Below are positions 32,307 through 42,800 of a stretch of DNA of 64,000 nucleotides, piece after piece; position 1 is the first letter of the stretch; every line of letters starts with the position of its first letter. Under the pieces are notes generated by a model that was given only the letters and a program-made list of their open reading frames with translations, ran no database searches and was not told the origin of the DNA. Position numbers and translations under genes: made by a program. The DNA is from Trypanosoma brucei (taxonomy: Eukaryota), in assembly GCA_000002445.1 (NCBI GenBank), contig CH464491.1:2848001-2912000 (forward strand). Reading direction: 5' to 3'.

Positions 32307-32321
32307 GGGGGGCAGGCACAG
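32307..32321. repeat. Poly-G homopolymer (about 13-14 G)
   Basis: tgtgtgtggggggggggggggcaggc, directly visible. It could be a sequencing or assembly-sensitive site. Confidence 0.85.
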
Positions 32322-32429
32322 ATAAGGTAAAGTGCATCTATATCGCCTCCACCACGCGCTGTGTCGGTGGAAATAAGCATAACTAAACAGATACATATAT
32401 ATATATATAGGTGAAGTACAAGAAAGGCG

Positions 32430-32957
32430 TTGACGATGTCGAAGTACGTGAATTTAGACTCTCTGATGGGAAAAACGACGAGCGTACCTATGACAAACTT
32501 TGAGATTAGTGGAATGGTCCAAATGGAACAAGAGGGCGTGATGGAAGACAACAGTTTGTTTCCCTCTTTGTCCTTCAAGGAACGAGTGTCCGGCTACATC
32601 ATAGCGTTCATAGTTAGTTTTCTTCTCTCTACCATGTCTTGGATTGCCCTCCCACACTCGCTGCGGAAATATGCTGCATTGAACACTATGGCGAATATTG
32701 TGTCCGTAGGTGGAACAATGTTCCTCTGTGGCCCTTCTGCACAGCTCAAGCGTATGTTTGATGAAACTCGCAGGGGGGCCACCACCGTGTACCTCACGTC
32801 ACTGCTAATGACATTAATCTCCGCGCTGATTCTGAAATTTGTATTGTTGACAGTGCTACTCATGTTGGCGCAGTATCTAGCTATGATATGGTACACGCTC
32901 AGCTACGTACCATTCGGTCGCTCTGCAGTCCTAAAGGTGCTTTCACGTTTTACGTGA
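32430..32957 (+). CDS. SFT2/Got1-like vesicle transport protein (4-TM, 175 aa)
   Basis: A small protein with four hydrophobic segments in Got1/Sft2-like order (...YIIAFIVSFLLSTMSWIAL..., ...MANIVSVGGTMFLCGP..., ...TTVYLTSLLMTLISALILKFVLLTVLLMLAQYLAMIWYTLSYVPFG...). The actual start may be the second Met, at 32436. Confidence 0.55.
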   Translation: MTMSKYVNLDSLMGKTTSVPMTNFEISGMVQMEQEGVMEDNSLFPSLSFKERVSGYIIAFIVSFLLSTMSWIALPHSLRKYAALNTMANIVSVGGTMFLCGPSAQLKRMFDETRRGATTVYLTSLLMTLISALILKFVLLTVLLMLAQYLAMIWYTLSYVPFGRSAVLKVLSRFT

Positions 32958-33371
32958 GCAGGGCGTCAAGATTTGTGAGCTGAGGGGGGGGACTGGAGGT
33001 GCATCATCTTTCTTCCCAACGTCGTGTATCTGAGGAGAATGGAGCAAATGAGGAACCACGACGGGGGGGGGCGGGCACCCGTGTCCAACTGCAGCGTTTG
33101 AAACTACTGTTAATAATCTGGTGGGGCAAGCGCTTCTGGAAGCTCAGTGATGGTTGTGTGCTTCATTTTCTTTGTTTTTGCTTGCTTTGAGCGCGTGGTG
33201 TGCGCTAATAATGTCGTCATCCTTTGGTCCTATTACCCTCCCGTTGGTGAGGGGTGGCCCGCTACCCTTAACAACACTAGTTTCCAAATTGTGCTCCACC
33301 ACACATTGCACATTCCAGTGGATATCACAAAAGCTACCGTGCCTTTTTGTTCGTAGGGGTCGATAGAGGCG

Positions 33372-34532
33372 ATGAGCAGTGCGCACAACACTCTGGAGTC
33401 AATCAAGTATCGTCGGGGAGTGCTACAGCTGCTCGACCAGCGTCGACTTCCACTGGAAACAGTATACTGCGACATAACCAGTATTGACGACATATGTTGC
33501 GCCATTAAGGAGATGCGTGTTCGTGGTGCGCCCGCCATAGCTGTCAGCGCCGCCCTTGCACTTGCTGTGGTAGCAGAGCGGGAACTAAAGGAGCAGCGGC
33601 AAAACTCGGTGTGGAAAACCGCTGACGATATGCGGCAGTTTTTGCTGATGAGCTGTGACAAAATGATGTCTGCCCGTCCTACTGCGGTTAATCTATCAAA
33701 GGTGCTCATTCAATTGAAGAAAGATATTGAAACGGACAAGGCTAATACGATGGAAGCCGTGTTAGAGACTTGTGTTCAACTTGCCGAAAAAATATACGCC
33801 GCCGATGTTTCCTTCAATGAGAGAATTATGCGCCACGGTGCTGCCCACCTGTTGAAACTGGCGTCAAAAGAACGGGTGAACATTTTAACCATATGCAACA
33901 CGGGGGCCCTTGCCACATCCCGCTATGGGACCGCTCTTGGCATTGTGCGGCAGCTCTTCTACGAGGGTCACCTGCAGCATCTGTATGCCTGCGAGACGCG
34001 GCCGTGGAATCAGGGGGCGAGGCTCACCGTCTACGAATGCGTACAAGAAAATATTCCATGCACACTCATCTGCGACAGCGCCGTTTCGGCCGTCATGAAA
34101 ACGCACGACATCGACGCTGTTGTTGTGGGAGCCGACCGCATATGCAAAAACGGCGATACAGCAAATAAGATTGGCACGTACAACCTTGCGGTAGCGGCAG
34201 CATATCACAAGGTGCCCTTTTTTGTCGCAGCGCCTTCTACAACACTCGATCCGCTAACACCAGATGGTGAAGGGGTTGTCATCGAGGAGCGGGAAGCGAC
34301 GGAAATAACACATATCGCCAGCGGTGGCGGGGGCCTACAGAGTGACAAAAGCAATTCCGATTACGGGAGGAAGCGTGTGGTGGCAGACGGGCCCCATCTG
34401 AAAGTGTGGAATCCCGTGTTTGACATCACCCCCGCCTCTCTCATCACTGGAGGTATTATCACAGAGCACGGTGTCTTTCCCCCTGCCACAGCGGGTCCGC
34501 TCTTTGACATATCCCGTATTGTTGAGCCTTGA
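33372..34532 (+). CDS. MTNA: Methylthioribose-1-phosphate isomerase (eIF-2B alpha/beta/delta-like family)
   Basis: The protein [44 protein letters not shown]...[21 protein letters not shown]...[43 protein letters not shown] is collinear with Mri1/MtnA across the substrate-binding Cys/Asp region. Confidence 0.85.
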   Translation: MSSAHNTLESIKYRRGVLQLLDQRRLPLETVYCDITSIDDICCAIKEMRVRGAPAIAVSAALALAVVAERELKEQRQNSVWKTADDMRQFLLMSCDKMMSARPTAVNLSKVLIQLKKDIETDKANTMEAVLETCVQLAEKIYAADVSFNERIMRHGAAHLLKLASKERVNILTICNTGALATSRYGTALGIVRQLFYEGHLQHLYACETRPWNQGARLTVYECVQENIPCTLICDSAVSAVMKTHDIDAVVVGADRICKNGDTANKIGTYNLAVAAAYHKVPFFVAAPSTTLDPLTPDGEGVVIEEREATEITHIASGGGGLQSDKSNSDYGRKRVVADGPHLKVWNPVFDITPASLITGGIITEHGVFPPATAGPLFDISRIVEP

Positions 34533-35271
34533 GTTTTGGTGCTTGTGAGATGACGTTTGTGCGGTGGAGGAGTCAACTTGGGGCCAAATGGTGCGGTAAA
34601 TTAACCATCAAAGGACACGTATTATTTAGTGGTAACTGGGACCGGGCAAGACGTATGTCGTGGCGCCCACTGCGCCCCGCAGTTTTGGTCGTCGCGCCTG
34701 CGAAAAGATCGTTAGTGGAGTGTGTGTGATGCGGACACCTCAGTCAGGAAGAGGTGTATTGGAAAGGGGTGGAAAGATGCCGCAAAGCCTGCTGCGTCAG
34801 GGAACGCACTCATTCTTCACCTTTATTTGTCTTGGAGTATTAATAATTCTAAAGTTCCGATTTTTTAAAGTTTTTTCTGCGCGGTTAGCTGCAGAGAATG
34901 GGGGGTTGGGAAAGGTTTGCCTTTACACCACCCGCCAGTGCTAGCTAGGACAAAACTGGTGGTGTGTGTTCTCGCATAATGTATTTTCGGGGTTTGTTAT
35001 TCTCCCCTCTCACCCAACTCTACGGCCTCAATCTTCCACACTCTCCACCCCGTGACAAAACATTCCATGCTCTTCTCAACAGGTGTTCTTCAAGCGCGAC
35101 AAAGTGGGGGAAAACGTGTCGCCTGCTCAGAGAAATACATACACGCACAAGGAAGAAGAATCTCTCTCACAGTGCCTGCAGGTGTCGCGTGGCGGTGAGC
35201 TCACGGGAACCCCTGCCTCCAGAAGGGAAAAGCCACCGCAAGGACGGTGATATTTTACTAAAGTTCTTCCA

Positions 35272-36753
35272 ATGACTCTTGAACACAATGATGAGTTCGC
35301 TACAGAAGGAGCAATGCATTCTGTTGACGATCCAGCGACGACTTCCAGTAACGGCAACACACATAGGAAACCTGTGGAGCTGAGTAGCAACGCCGTTCAC
35401 GGAAAAGCGAGCGGCGCCGACGTTTTGGATGGCAATGCAAGCGCTTCGACTGACGGTAGGACCAAGCCGCTCAACTCAGGACCCACGCGTGAGGCAGTAG
35501 ATGACGTCATGATGGACGAGTGTCGCCGATGGGTCGCGGACGTTGTGGGCGATGCGTACAATGCCGAAGTGCTCCAGAAGGAAAATTTTGTGGATTCCCT
35601 GCGAAGTGGAGTGGTGTTGCTGGTGTTGCTGCAGAAGCTTGACGACCCCCCAGTACCCGATTCGGAGCTCCGCGTACCGAAGCGAGTTGATGGTTTTTTT
35701 GCCCGTGACAATGTCGCGAAGTTCCTGCGGCAGGCCGCAAAGAAGTTCAACCTAACGGAAATAGAGTTGTTCACTGATTCAGACCTGTGTGATGGGAAGA
35801 ACGACCGGGCTGTTATTACGTGTCTCCTTTCAATCGCGCGCACAGCCTACAGTCGCGGTAATATGGAGGTCGCTCCGGCGAGCATAGTCCAACAACAGGA
35901 GTTGAGCGTAAGAATAAAGCAGGCGGCGCTGAATCAGCTAAGGAAACATCTGGCAGAAGAAGGGGAAGAGGATGGCAAGGGTGAGATTTCAAAAAAGTTG
36001 GAACCTGTGGCACAGGAAGAAGTGTCTCACACACCGTGCGAAAACATACCAGAAAGTGGTGAGCCCATGAAGGAAATTAAAAACGAGGTGGACGTGGAGG
36101 CAGTGGTCAACGAGTCACTTGCTGATACAGAAGATTATCGGTCGGTGGAGGAAAGTGAAGAGGCAGACTTGCCCGATGTGCCCCAGCACGGGGAACAAAT
36201 GAGAGTTGGTGAAGTGGCGGACGATGACAAAAGTAGGCCCTCAGGTACATACGAAACGACAACAAGACATGCACCAGTTCGCGTACGGATTGAGGGCAGG
36301 GCCTCAGACACTATAAAGCTGCCACAACACCGCACGATTCGCGCCACAAAAGAGTCACAAGGCGTTGCGATAACCCCCGTGCCCCATCAGGTGGAACAAG
36401 AAGTGAATGCCCCGCAACCCAGGGGAATGGAGACCCAGAGGCACGGTCCCACAGCACCCCCGGCATATCGGCCGCGGCGTTGGGACAAAGTAGATATACT
36501 TCTAAGTGTAGTTGTCAATGCCCACTTCACTCAGCATCCGGATACCAACATTCGCTTCCGCAGACTCTCAGGGAACACCGGTGAGTATATGGTCTTCCAC
36601 AAGGTCACAGGCGGAAAAAAACTTTTACACGCACGTACAGAGCTTGGGAAGGTTGTGGTTGGTGAGCAGAGGAAAAAAGGTAATATAGAAGATCTCGTGT
36701 GGACGGATCTTTCGCACTGGTTGGAGCGGCATGAGCGTGACTTCTCTAACTGA
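35272..36753 (+). CDS. Calponin-homology (CH) domain-containing protein (493 aa)
   Basis: The segment DECRRWVADVVGDAYNAEVLQKENFVDSLRSGVVLLVLLQKLD...VAKFLRQAAKKFNLTEIELFTDSDLCDGKNDRAVITCLLSIARTAY fits the CH-domain helix pattern. The rest is acidic and low-complexity. Confidence 0.5.
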   Translation: MTLEHNDEFATEGAMHSVDDPATTSSNGNTHRKPVELSSNAVHGKASGADVLDGNASASTDGRTKPLNSGPTREAVDDVMMDECRRWVADVVGDAYNAEVLQKENFVDSLRSGVVLLVLLQKLDDPPVPDSELRVPKRVDGFFARDNVAKFLRQAAKKFNLTEIELFTDSDLCDGKNDRAVITCLLSIARTAYSRGNMEVAPASIVQQQELSVRIKQAALNQLRKHLAEEGEEDGKGEISKKLEPVAQEEVSHTPCENIPESGEPMKEIKNEVDVEAVVNESLADTEDYRSVEESEEADLPDVPQHGEQMRVGEVADDDKSRPSGTYETTTRHAPVRVRIEGRASDTIKLPQHRTIRATKESQGVAITPVPHQVEQEVNAPQPRGMETQRHGPTAPPAYRPRRWDKVDILLSVVVNAHFTQHPDTNIRFRRLSGNTGEYMVFHKVTGGKKLLHARTELGKVVVGEQRKKGNIEDLVWTDLSHWLERHERDFSN

Positions 36754-37860
36754 TGACGTGTCGATAGGTAAAGAGGTGTGCACTTCCCCGTACACACGAG
36801 AGGCCGCCGCACACGGGTTGTATGTTGGATGGGTTAGATACTTACAGATATGTGTGTGTATGAACAGGCTTGTGACCGCACCTTTTCTCCTTTTGGTTTT
36901 CCACACTCAATGTCAGTGTGAAAAATTTGGGCATACTTGCGTCCTAGCTTGTCACCGCACTGCATCCGGGTTAATATGGTGCATGCACAAACATTCATAA
37001 AAGCTCAGTAGCGATCTCACAACTGCGGTCTACGCGACTAACTATTCGATGCATCCAGTACGATTCGTCATCGTTCATTGTATGTCAGTACAATATAGTA
37101 CAAAAGAGGGAACGGGAGGTAATGAAGGGGGGGAGGAGTGTAACCCCTTGAGAACTTTTGCTATTCGACTTGGTTGAGTCTGGCGAGCAGAAGGAAGAAA
37201 GAAAAGATTGTGTATTAACTGCAAGTTGGCGCGGCGTAAATTGTTGGCAAGTTAGGGAGAGGAGGGATAATTTCAAGTGCTGCCACAGGTTTTGAGTTCA
37301 CTCTTCTTTTTACTCCGGTTTCTTCCCCGGGGACATCCCTTAATTTTCGTTTCTGTTTATTCGTTCGAGTCGTTTTAACGTAGGAACTTGTGGGAACGAA
37401 CTGGCGTCAGCAGGGAGGTGGCGACATGCTCCTGTGGTTCCTTCGCCTGTCGCGAAAAAAGAAAAATGGCTGGGTGGGGTGACAAAATCAGCAGCGAAGG
37501 GAAAGGGGAACAGGTAGTTTTCTTACGGTGCGGCTCTCACCGTAAAATCTTAGACTATTTTCCATTTTCTCCTTGCTTTTTTTATGTCTTTGATAACATA
37601 ATCCGGCTAGTGCTCTCACAGCGAGGATATCTGAGTAGTTTCTCCGGCTTACATTAGTATGTATGTGGACATGTGCACATTTTTTCTGGTTGTTTCTTAC
37701 CCCATTTCCCTGTTTTTCCCATCGTGTACGGACGTAAATATTATTGGCTGAGGGTCGAAAAGGCTGTTTACGATATTTCAGAAGTAGCACCGGTTGTAGC
37801 GGTTAGCATCGCCACACGCGCAGTTAATATACATCCATATTCAAAAAGGGAAGGGAAAAA

Positions 37861-38907
37861 ATGCCTTTACCGCCTGTTGAGGACGCCCCGAACTCAATGG
37901 CACGCCGCCATTACCTCGTGGAACGCAATCGTCTACGCGTAAAGAAGTACGAGCCTACGCGACAGGCGTTTGAGGAGGAGACCGTTAAGCTTTCAAAGCA
38001 GAGGGTGGAGCAAAGGGTGGCAATGCTGAACAGCTGGAAGAGTTCCGTTCCTCTCCACACCGACACGACCCGCCCACTTCCTGGTGCCGCACGGCGCCAG
38101 AAAGAGAAGGATGAGCCGGCGGCGAAGCACATAAACCTCCAAATTTTGGATGAGGATGCAGCACTGAAGCGGGAGCGCAGGGCTTTGCTGAGGGCCGATA
38201 TTTTGCAGCAGAAGAAGGACCGGGAGGAATACCTCGCCAAGTGGAGAGCAAACGAAAAGGCGTACGACAGCGCGCTCCTAGCAACCAACGCTGAGTTCGC
38301 CCGCCAGATGCAGGAGCAGGAGCGCCAAGCTGCGGTGGCCACGAAACAATACATGGACATGATGCGTGCCAGCAACCTGAAGGAGCTGGAAGCGAAAAGG
38401 GCAAAGCAAAGAGAAAAAGAAGAGGCTGATGTCGCTGCTCTTCGCACAATGCAGGAGAATCTAAGGCTGAAGATGGAGGCCGACGAACGCAGGGCTAAGG
38501 ATATGAAGCGCCTTATGCAAATAGAAAACGAGGAGAATCACTCGCTCTTCAAGAAAAAGCAGGCGGAGGACAAAGCACGTGAGGATGCTTGGATCCGGAC
38601 CATGATGGAGCACAACGCTGCCCTTGCGGAGCGCGAAAGGCGGGAGGCCGAACAGAAGCGTCAACAGTTCAAGGCGGACTTTGAGGACACCATCGCAAAG
38701 CAGAAGGAGTTCCGCCGCACCCATGACTACGACGAGCCGCAAGAGTTAATCCGCAAGCGAAACGAAGAAGCCGCAGCCTCTGCGGTACTCATCAGGCAGG
38801 AAGAGCGCCTCCGCAACAACGAGCAGCGGAAGCAATACCGTGAAGAGCTCATGAAGCAAATGCGCGAGAAATACGAATGGCAACTGAGCCACTTAGATGG
38901 TGTGTGA
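37861..38907 (+). CDS. Charged coiled-coil protein (E/R/K/Q-rich, trichoplein/TPH-like character; 348 aa)
   Basis: Composition is very biased (...ERRALLRADILQQKKDREEYLAKWRANEKAYDS...RREAEQKRQQFKADFEDTIAKQKEFRRTHDYDEPQELIRKRNEEA...). A polypyrimidine tract lies at about 37670-37700. Confidence 0.5.
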   Translation: MPLPPVEDAPNSMARRHYLVERNRLRVKKYEPTRQAFEEETVKLSKQRVEQRVAMLNSWKSSVPLHTDTTRPLPGAARRQKEKDEPAAKHINLQILDEDAALKRERRALLRADILQQKKDREEYLAKWRANEKAYDSALLATNAEFARQMQEQERQAAVATKQYMDMMRASNLKELEAKRAKQREKEEADVAALRTMQENLRLKMEADERRAKDMKRLMQIENEENHSLFKKKQAEDKAREDAWIRTMMEHNAALAERERREAEQKRQQFKADFEDTIAKQKEFRRTHDYDEPQELIRKRNEEAAASAVLIRQEERLRNNEQRKQYREELMKQMREKYEWQLSHLDGV

Positions 38908-39813
38908 GTGAGCCCGGAGGGGCACATGCAGATGTACTGCCCTGGCCAAGCCTCCCACGCGCGTGTTCCCCTTACGTTGTGGTCCCAGTGACCCCTTGTT
39001 TTCACTCACTTCCCCCCTCTGATGTTTGTTCTTTTTTCGTTTGTTTGGTGTACTTTTCGTTCACACATATGTATTTACTATAACACAGGTGCGGAAACCC
39101 CCAAAGGAGGGGAAGGGGTTGATTCTCGGGGCTTCGTGCAACTACGCAAACTAACGACGTGTCACCTCCTGCTCAATTCCTTCGCAACTTTTCACTCGAC
39201 AAGGAAAGACGGGCACGGTAACGCTTTTTTGATGGGCGAGACGTGTGGGCTAAAACTTGAAGATTGAAAGGGGAAAGCAAGTTTATCTCCCAACTAAATG
39301 CAACTTGCCCCCAATGAATGCGTATGTAGAAATTGGAGAAAGTGGCTAGAGGAAGAGTGAGAAAGGGGAATGAAGCAAAAGAAAAGAGGGGCAAGGGGAA
39401 ATTGTCACACGTTGGGGTTGCGTATATGTAATCAGACGCGTTGTAGAAGTCATAGCCTTGAAATAGTTGTGTATGTACTTAAATCTCGCTAGAAAAGGAG
39501 CTTAATTTTTTTTCAGAAAAGAAAAAAAAGGGACTGCAGCAGCGCTAGTCACCGTAGCAAATTGTTTCCCGGGCACGAGAGCGGTCCGACAGCTGTCATT
39601 GTTTTCCCTTGTGTGTATATACCTTTTCCAAGCGTCTCTGATCGACTGGCGCTTCACCATCATGAACCCTACTTTCCGCTTTCCTTCTTGGATTCGCATT
39701 CACTGTCTCGTCTGGGTGTGAGAGCAGAGAGCGCATCTGAAAGAGAATAAAATACATAAGCCGCGTCACCTAAAGGTCCGCGGCAGAACATTTTATGCGT
39801 AACACCCTTAGGA

Positions 39814-42800
39814 GTGAAATCAGAAGAGAAGGAAAGGGGCATTAACCAGTTTACCAAGCAAAAGGAAGCGATGGAGACAGATGACGACTTGTTCGCCGAA
39901 CTGCTCGCCGCCGAAATGGAAAGGACGAACGTACTCGCAGTTGAGAACTGTGGGTTTGTCCTCCAAAGCGGGGCAATGAATTCTGCTCCCGATCCGGCAG
40001 ACACGAATAGGATTGGAGGAACTGGTCAACTGGTGCCCCAACGGTTGAGAGTGGACTTATCGTCTCCCCCTCACGGTGCGTTGTCGCGGGTTACGAGATC
40101 TGGTGGGAAGGACAGTAATGTCGGCACGAGGCAGTGGGAAGCAAAGGATACAAACGAACTGTTGTCCTCGTACACCACGAAGGGAAGCGGTTGCCACAAA
40201 GAGACGTGCGCGTGGAGAAGGGCGACGTACCTTTCAGACACAGGAGGAAACGAAGACGAGTTGCTCATAGAAACCCTACTACAGCTTGCGAATGAAAAGA
40301 TCTCATCATCTGCTGAACGGGAAAGTGGGGTGCAACCGCCTTCGGTCTTTATGGGTGTCACCTCTGCGGCAAGTACGAAGGGCAGCGGCCAAGTGGTCCC
40401 GGCGTCCTCTGCAGACCCGCTGGATGACGCAGTGTTTTGGGCTGCGCTTCCAAGCGGGCCGCCCGCAACTACTGCCGGAGTTGCATCAACCTCTGCGCAA
40501 TCAATCGGAATGGGTGCAGGACCAAGGAGCGCCTCGTCTATCGCACCTCAAAATGGACATTGTCAAGAAAACGACGCACAAGTGCTTACCGCTGTATTGG
40601 ATGCCCTCGCCGATGGCCAGTCCAGCGTTAGCGGTGACTTTCTAAGTGAAGAGGACTGCAACATGGATGAATTGCTGGAGCGCGCAGAGCACGTCGCTGC
40701 CTCGGCAATCCGTGTAGAAGGGAAAAAGGGAGTCCGCCTGGTGCGTATCCACGAGCACGTGGGTATGCGGGAGGAGCTTCATGGAAACAGAGAAATCGTG
40801 GGATGGCCTTCCTGCGTGTGCGCTCGCCCCTCTCCTTTCGACAAAAACGCCCAGGAGTGCACCAAAACCGTCTCGCCACCTGCACCGAGAAGAGTGACAC
40901 TGTGTGTTGGAACTACGCTAGGCTTTGTTTTGCTTTTCGACGAAAGGCGCCGACCCATCGGTAAATTCGGTCCGCCAAACTCCATACTTACCACTCTATC
41001 AAAACCACTAGGGGCTGTCGTCTCAATTTCGTTGTCTCACGAGGCGTCGACGATGGCAGTGGGCTATCAGCATGGCACCGTTAAGATGGTAGAAGCGAGC
41101 TCGCTATCTACGCTTCGTGAAGTTACCGATGAATTCACCACTCCAATCATCCGATTACGTCATTGCCAGGAGGAGGCCTTTCGGATTCTTGCGTTGGGAA
41201 GTTGTGGCAGTATCAAACTGCTCTCCTTCTCGCGCGTTTTGGGCATGATGAGTCACCGTGTGGTGAAAGTTGCTTCTCCCGGAGGAAGCGCACCTTTCAG
41301 CGATGTGGACCTTGTATTTATGAAGGAGGACAGAGTTCACGTCGTGGCTGCAGCTTCATTTGAAGTATTAGTTGTCCTTGCAGTGGACTGCGGAGCACAA
41401 GGTGTCGTTACGCCACTATATAAACGAAAGCAACAAACAAAAGGCACTAGGCACCATTTACAACTTCAGTTTGTACCAGTGCCACTGGAGCACGAGCTTC
41501 TTCTTTGCCTCGTGCAGAACACGGATGTGGAAGTGTTTAGGGTGGCGAATGGTGGCGTTGTGACAGACGTGCAGAAAATCACAGGCGCGCGTCTTGAAAG
41601 GTCACTGCGCGCAATGACTCACATGGATAGTTGTTGTCTTTTCCTTGATGAAGACAACTTCCTACACCTTTTTGACGTCAGCGCAGGTGTCGTTGTGGAG
41701 TCCCAGCAAATGCACGAATTGGAACCAGCGTATTTTTCCACCGATGGCCGTACGAATCGCTGCAATGCAGCACTTACGTGTAGCGGAAGAAATGCCCTCA
41801 TTTTGGGGCGGACCACCGCCTTCAGCTGCACGTTGATGTCATGGTGGGAGCGCCTAGACGACTTAGTTAGCAAAAATAGGTTCCTCGAAGCACTGGATCA
41901 GCTAAAGGACTTCGCTCTCAATGTCGCCCTTGCCGTCTCGGGTCTGGAAAGTGACCCAGTGGCGCGTCGCACTAGCATTCATGCCTACCTTTCCATACTT
42001 GCTAATAAGTTCCTCGCGTACATCTTGAAGACAGCGAATTCCACGTCTTTTATTGTTGGGAGTATCACTTGCCTTATTAAAGCCTGTGCAGATGTTGATG
42101 CAATGCATGTGTTTTTTGACTCCTCAATGGTGTACCTGCGTGATGCCAAAGGCAGCGGTGCGCTCGCACTCTACGCTCTTGGGCACTGCATCAATTCGGG
42201 GGTGGTGACCTTCCTGCCGGAAGCCTACGTAGAGCCTCTTTTTACTCTTCTCGCGGACGATGAATCGGATATTGCGTTGGAGGTATTGCACACACTAACC
42301 ACACAGGGGGAGGGGGAACCCCTTCATGGAGTGTCGCGAGCGGAACGGGTGCTGATGAAGCTGGAAGGGGGTCACGAGTGTCTTTTGCCCCTCTCCGAGA
42401 AGTACAACTTGGTTCGTCTAAAGGTTTTCATTCTCTGTCGCTGGCACCATGGATATGCAGATGCGCTCCAGTACGCCCTGAGAGAGTGGCGCCGCGTGAA
42501 CAAAGTTAACGGAAGGGACAATGAGGTAGCAGTTGACCTTTTTGAGTGCACTATGAGAGGGGCCACCGTCATGGATGGCGTTCATATTCCCGAGCAGTGC
42601 TGGCGTGAGGCAAAGGGGCAAATGTGGAGGCACCTGCTTAACACACCAGGTGAGTTCGAAACGCTTCTTCGTGTAAATGCTGAGCGTGTTGTGATGGTTA
42701 CGCTGCCCATTTTGCAGGAAAGTGGACCATATTCGCCATGGAGTAATCCAGAGGAGCGAGACGACTGCGCCGCCCAGCTTCTTTTACACCTCGCTGGGGT

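Noticed and set aside
37911-38449. Antisense ORFs (178 and 154 aa) inside the 37861-38907 coiled-coil gene
   Set aside because: They are shadow ORFs typical of GAG/GCG-rich coding sequence, with Ala/Ser/Arg-rich translations.
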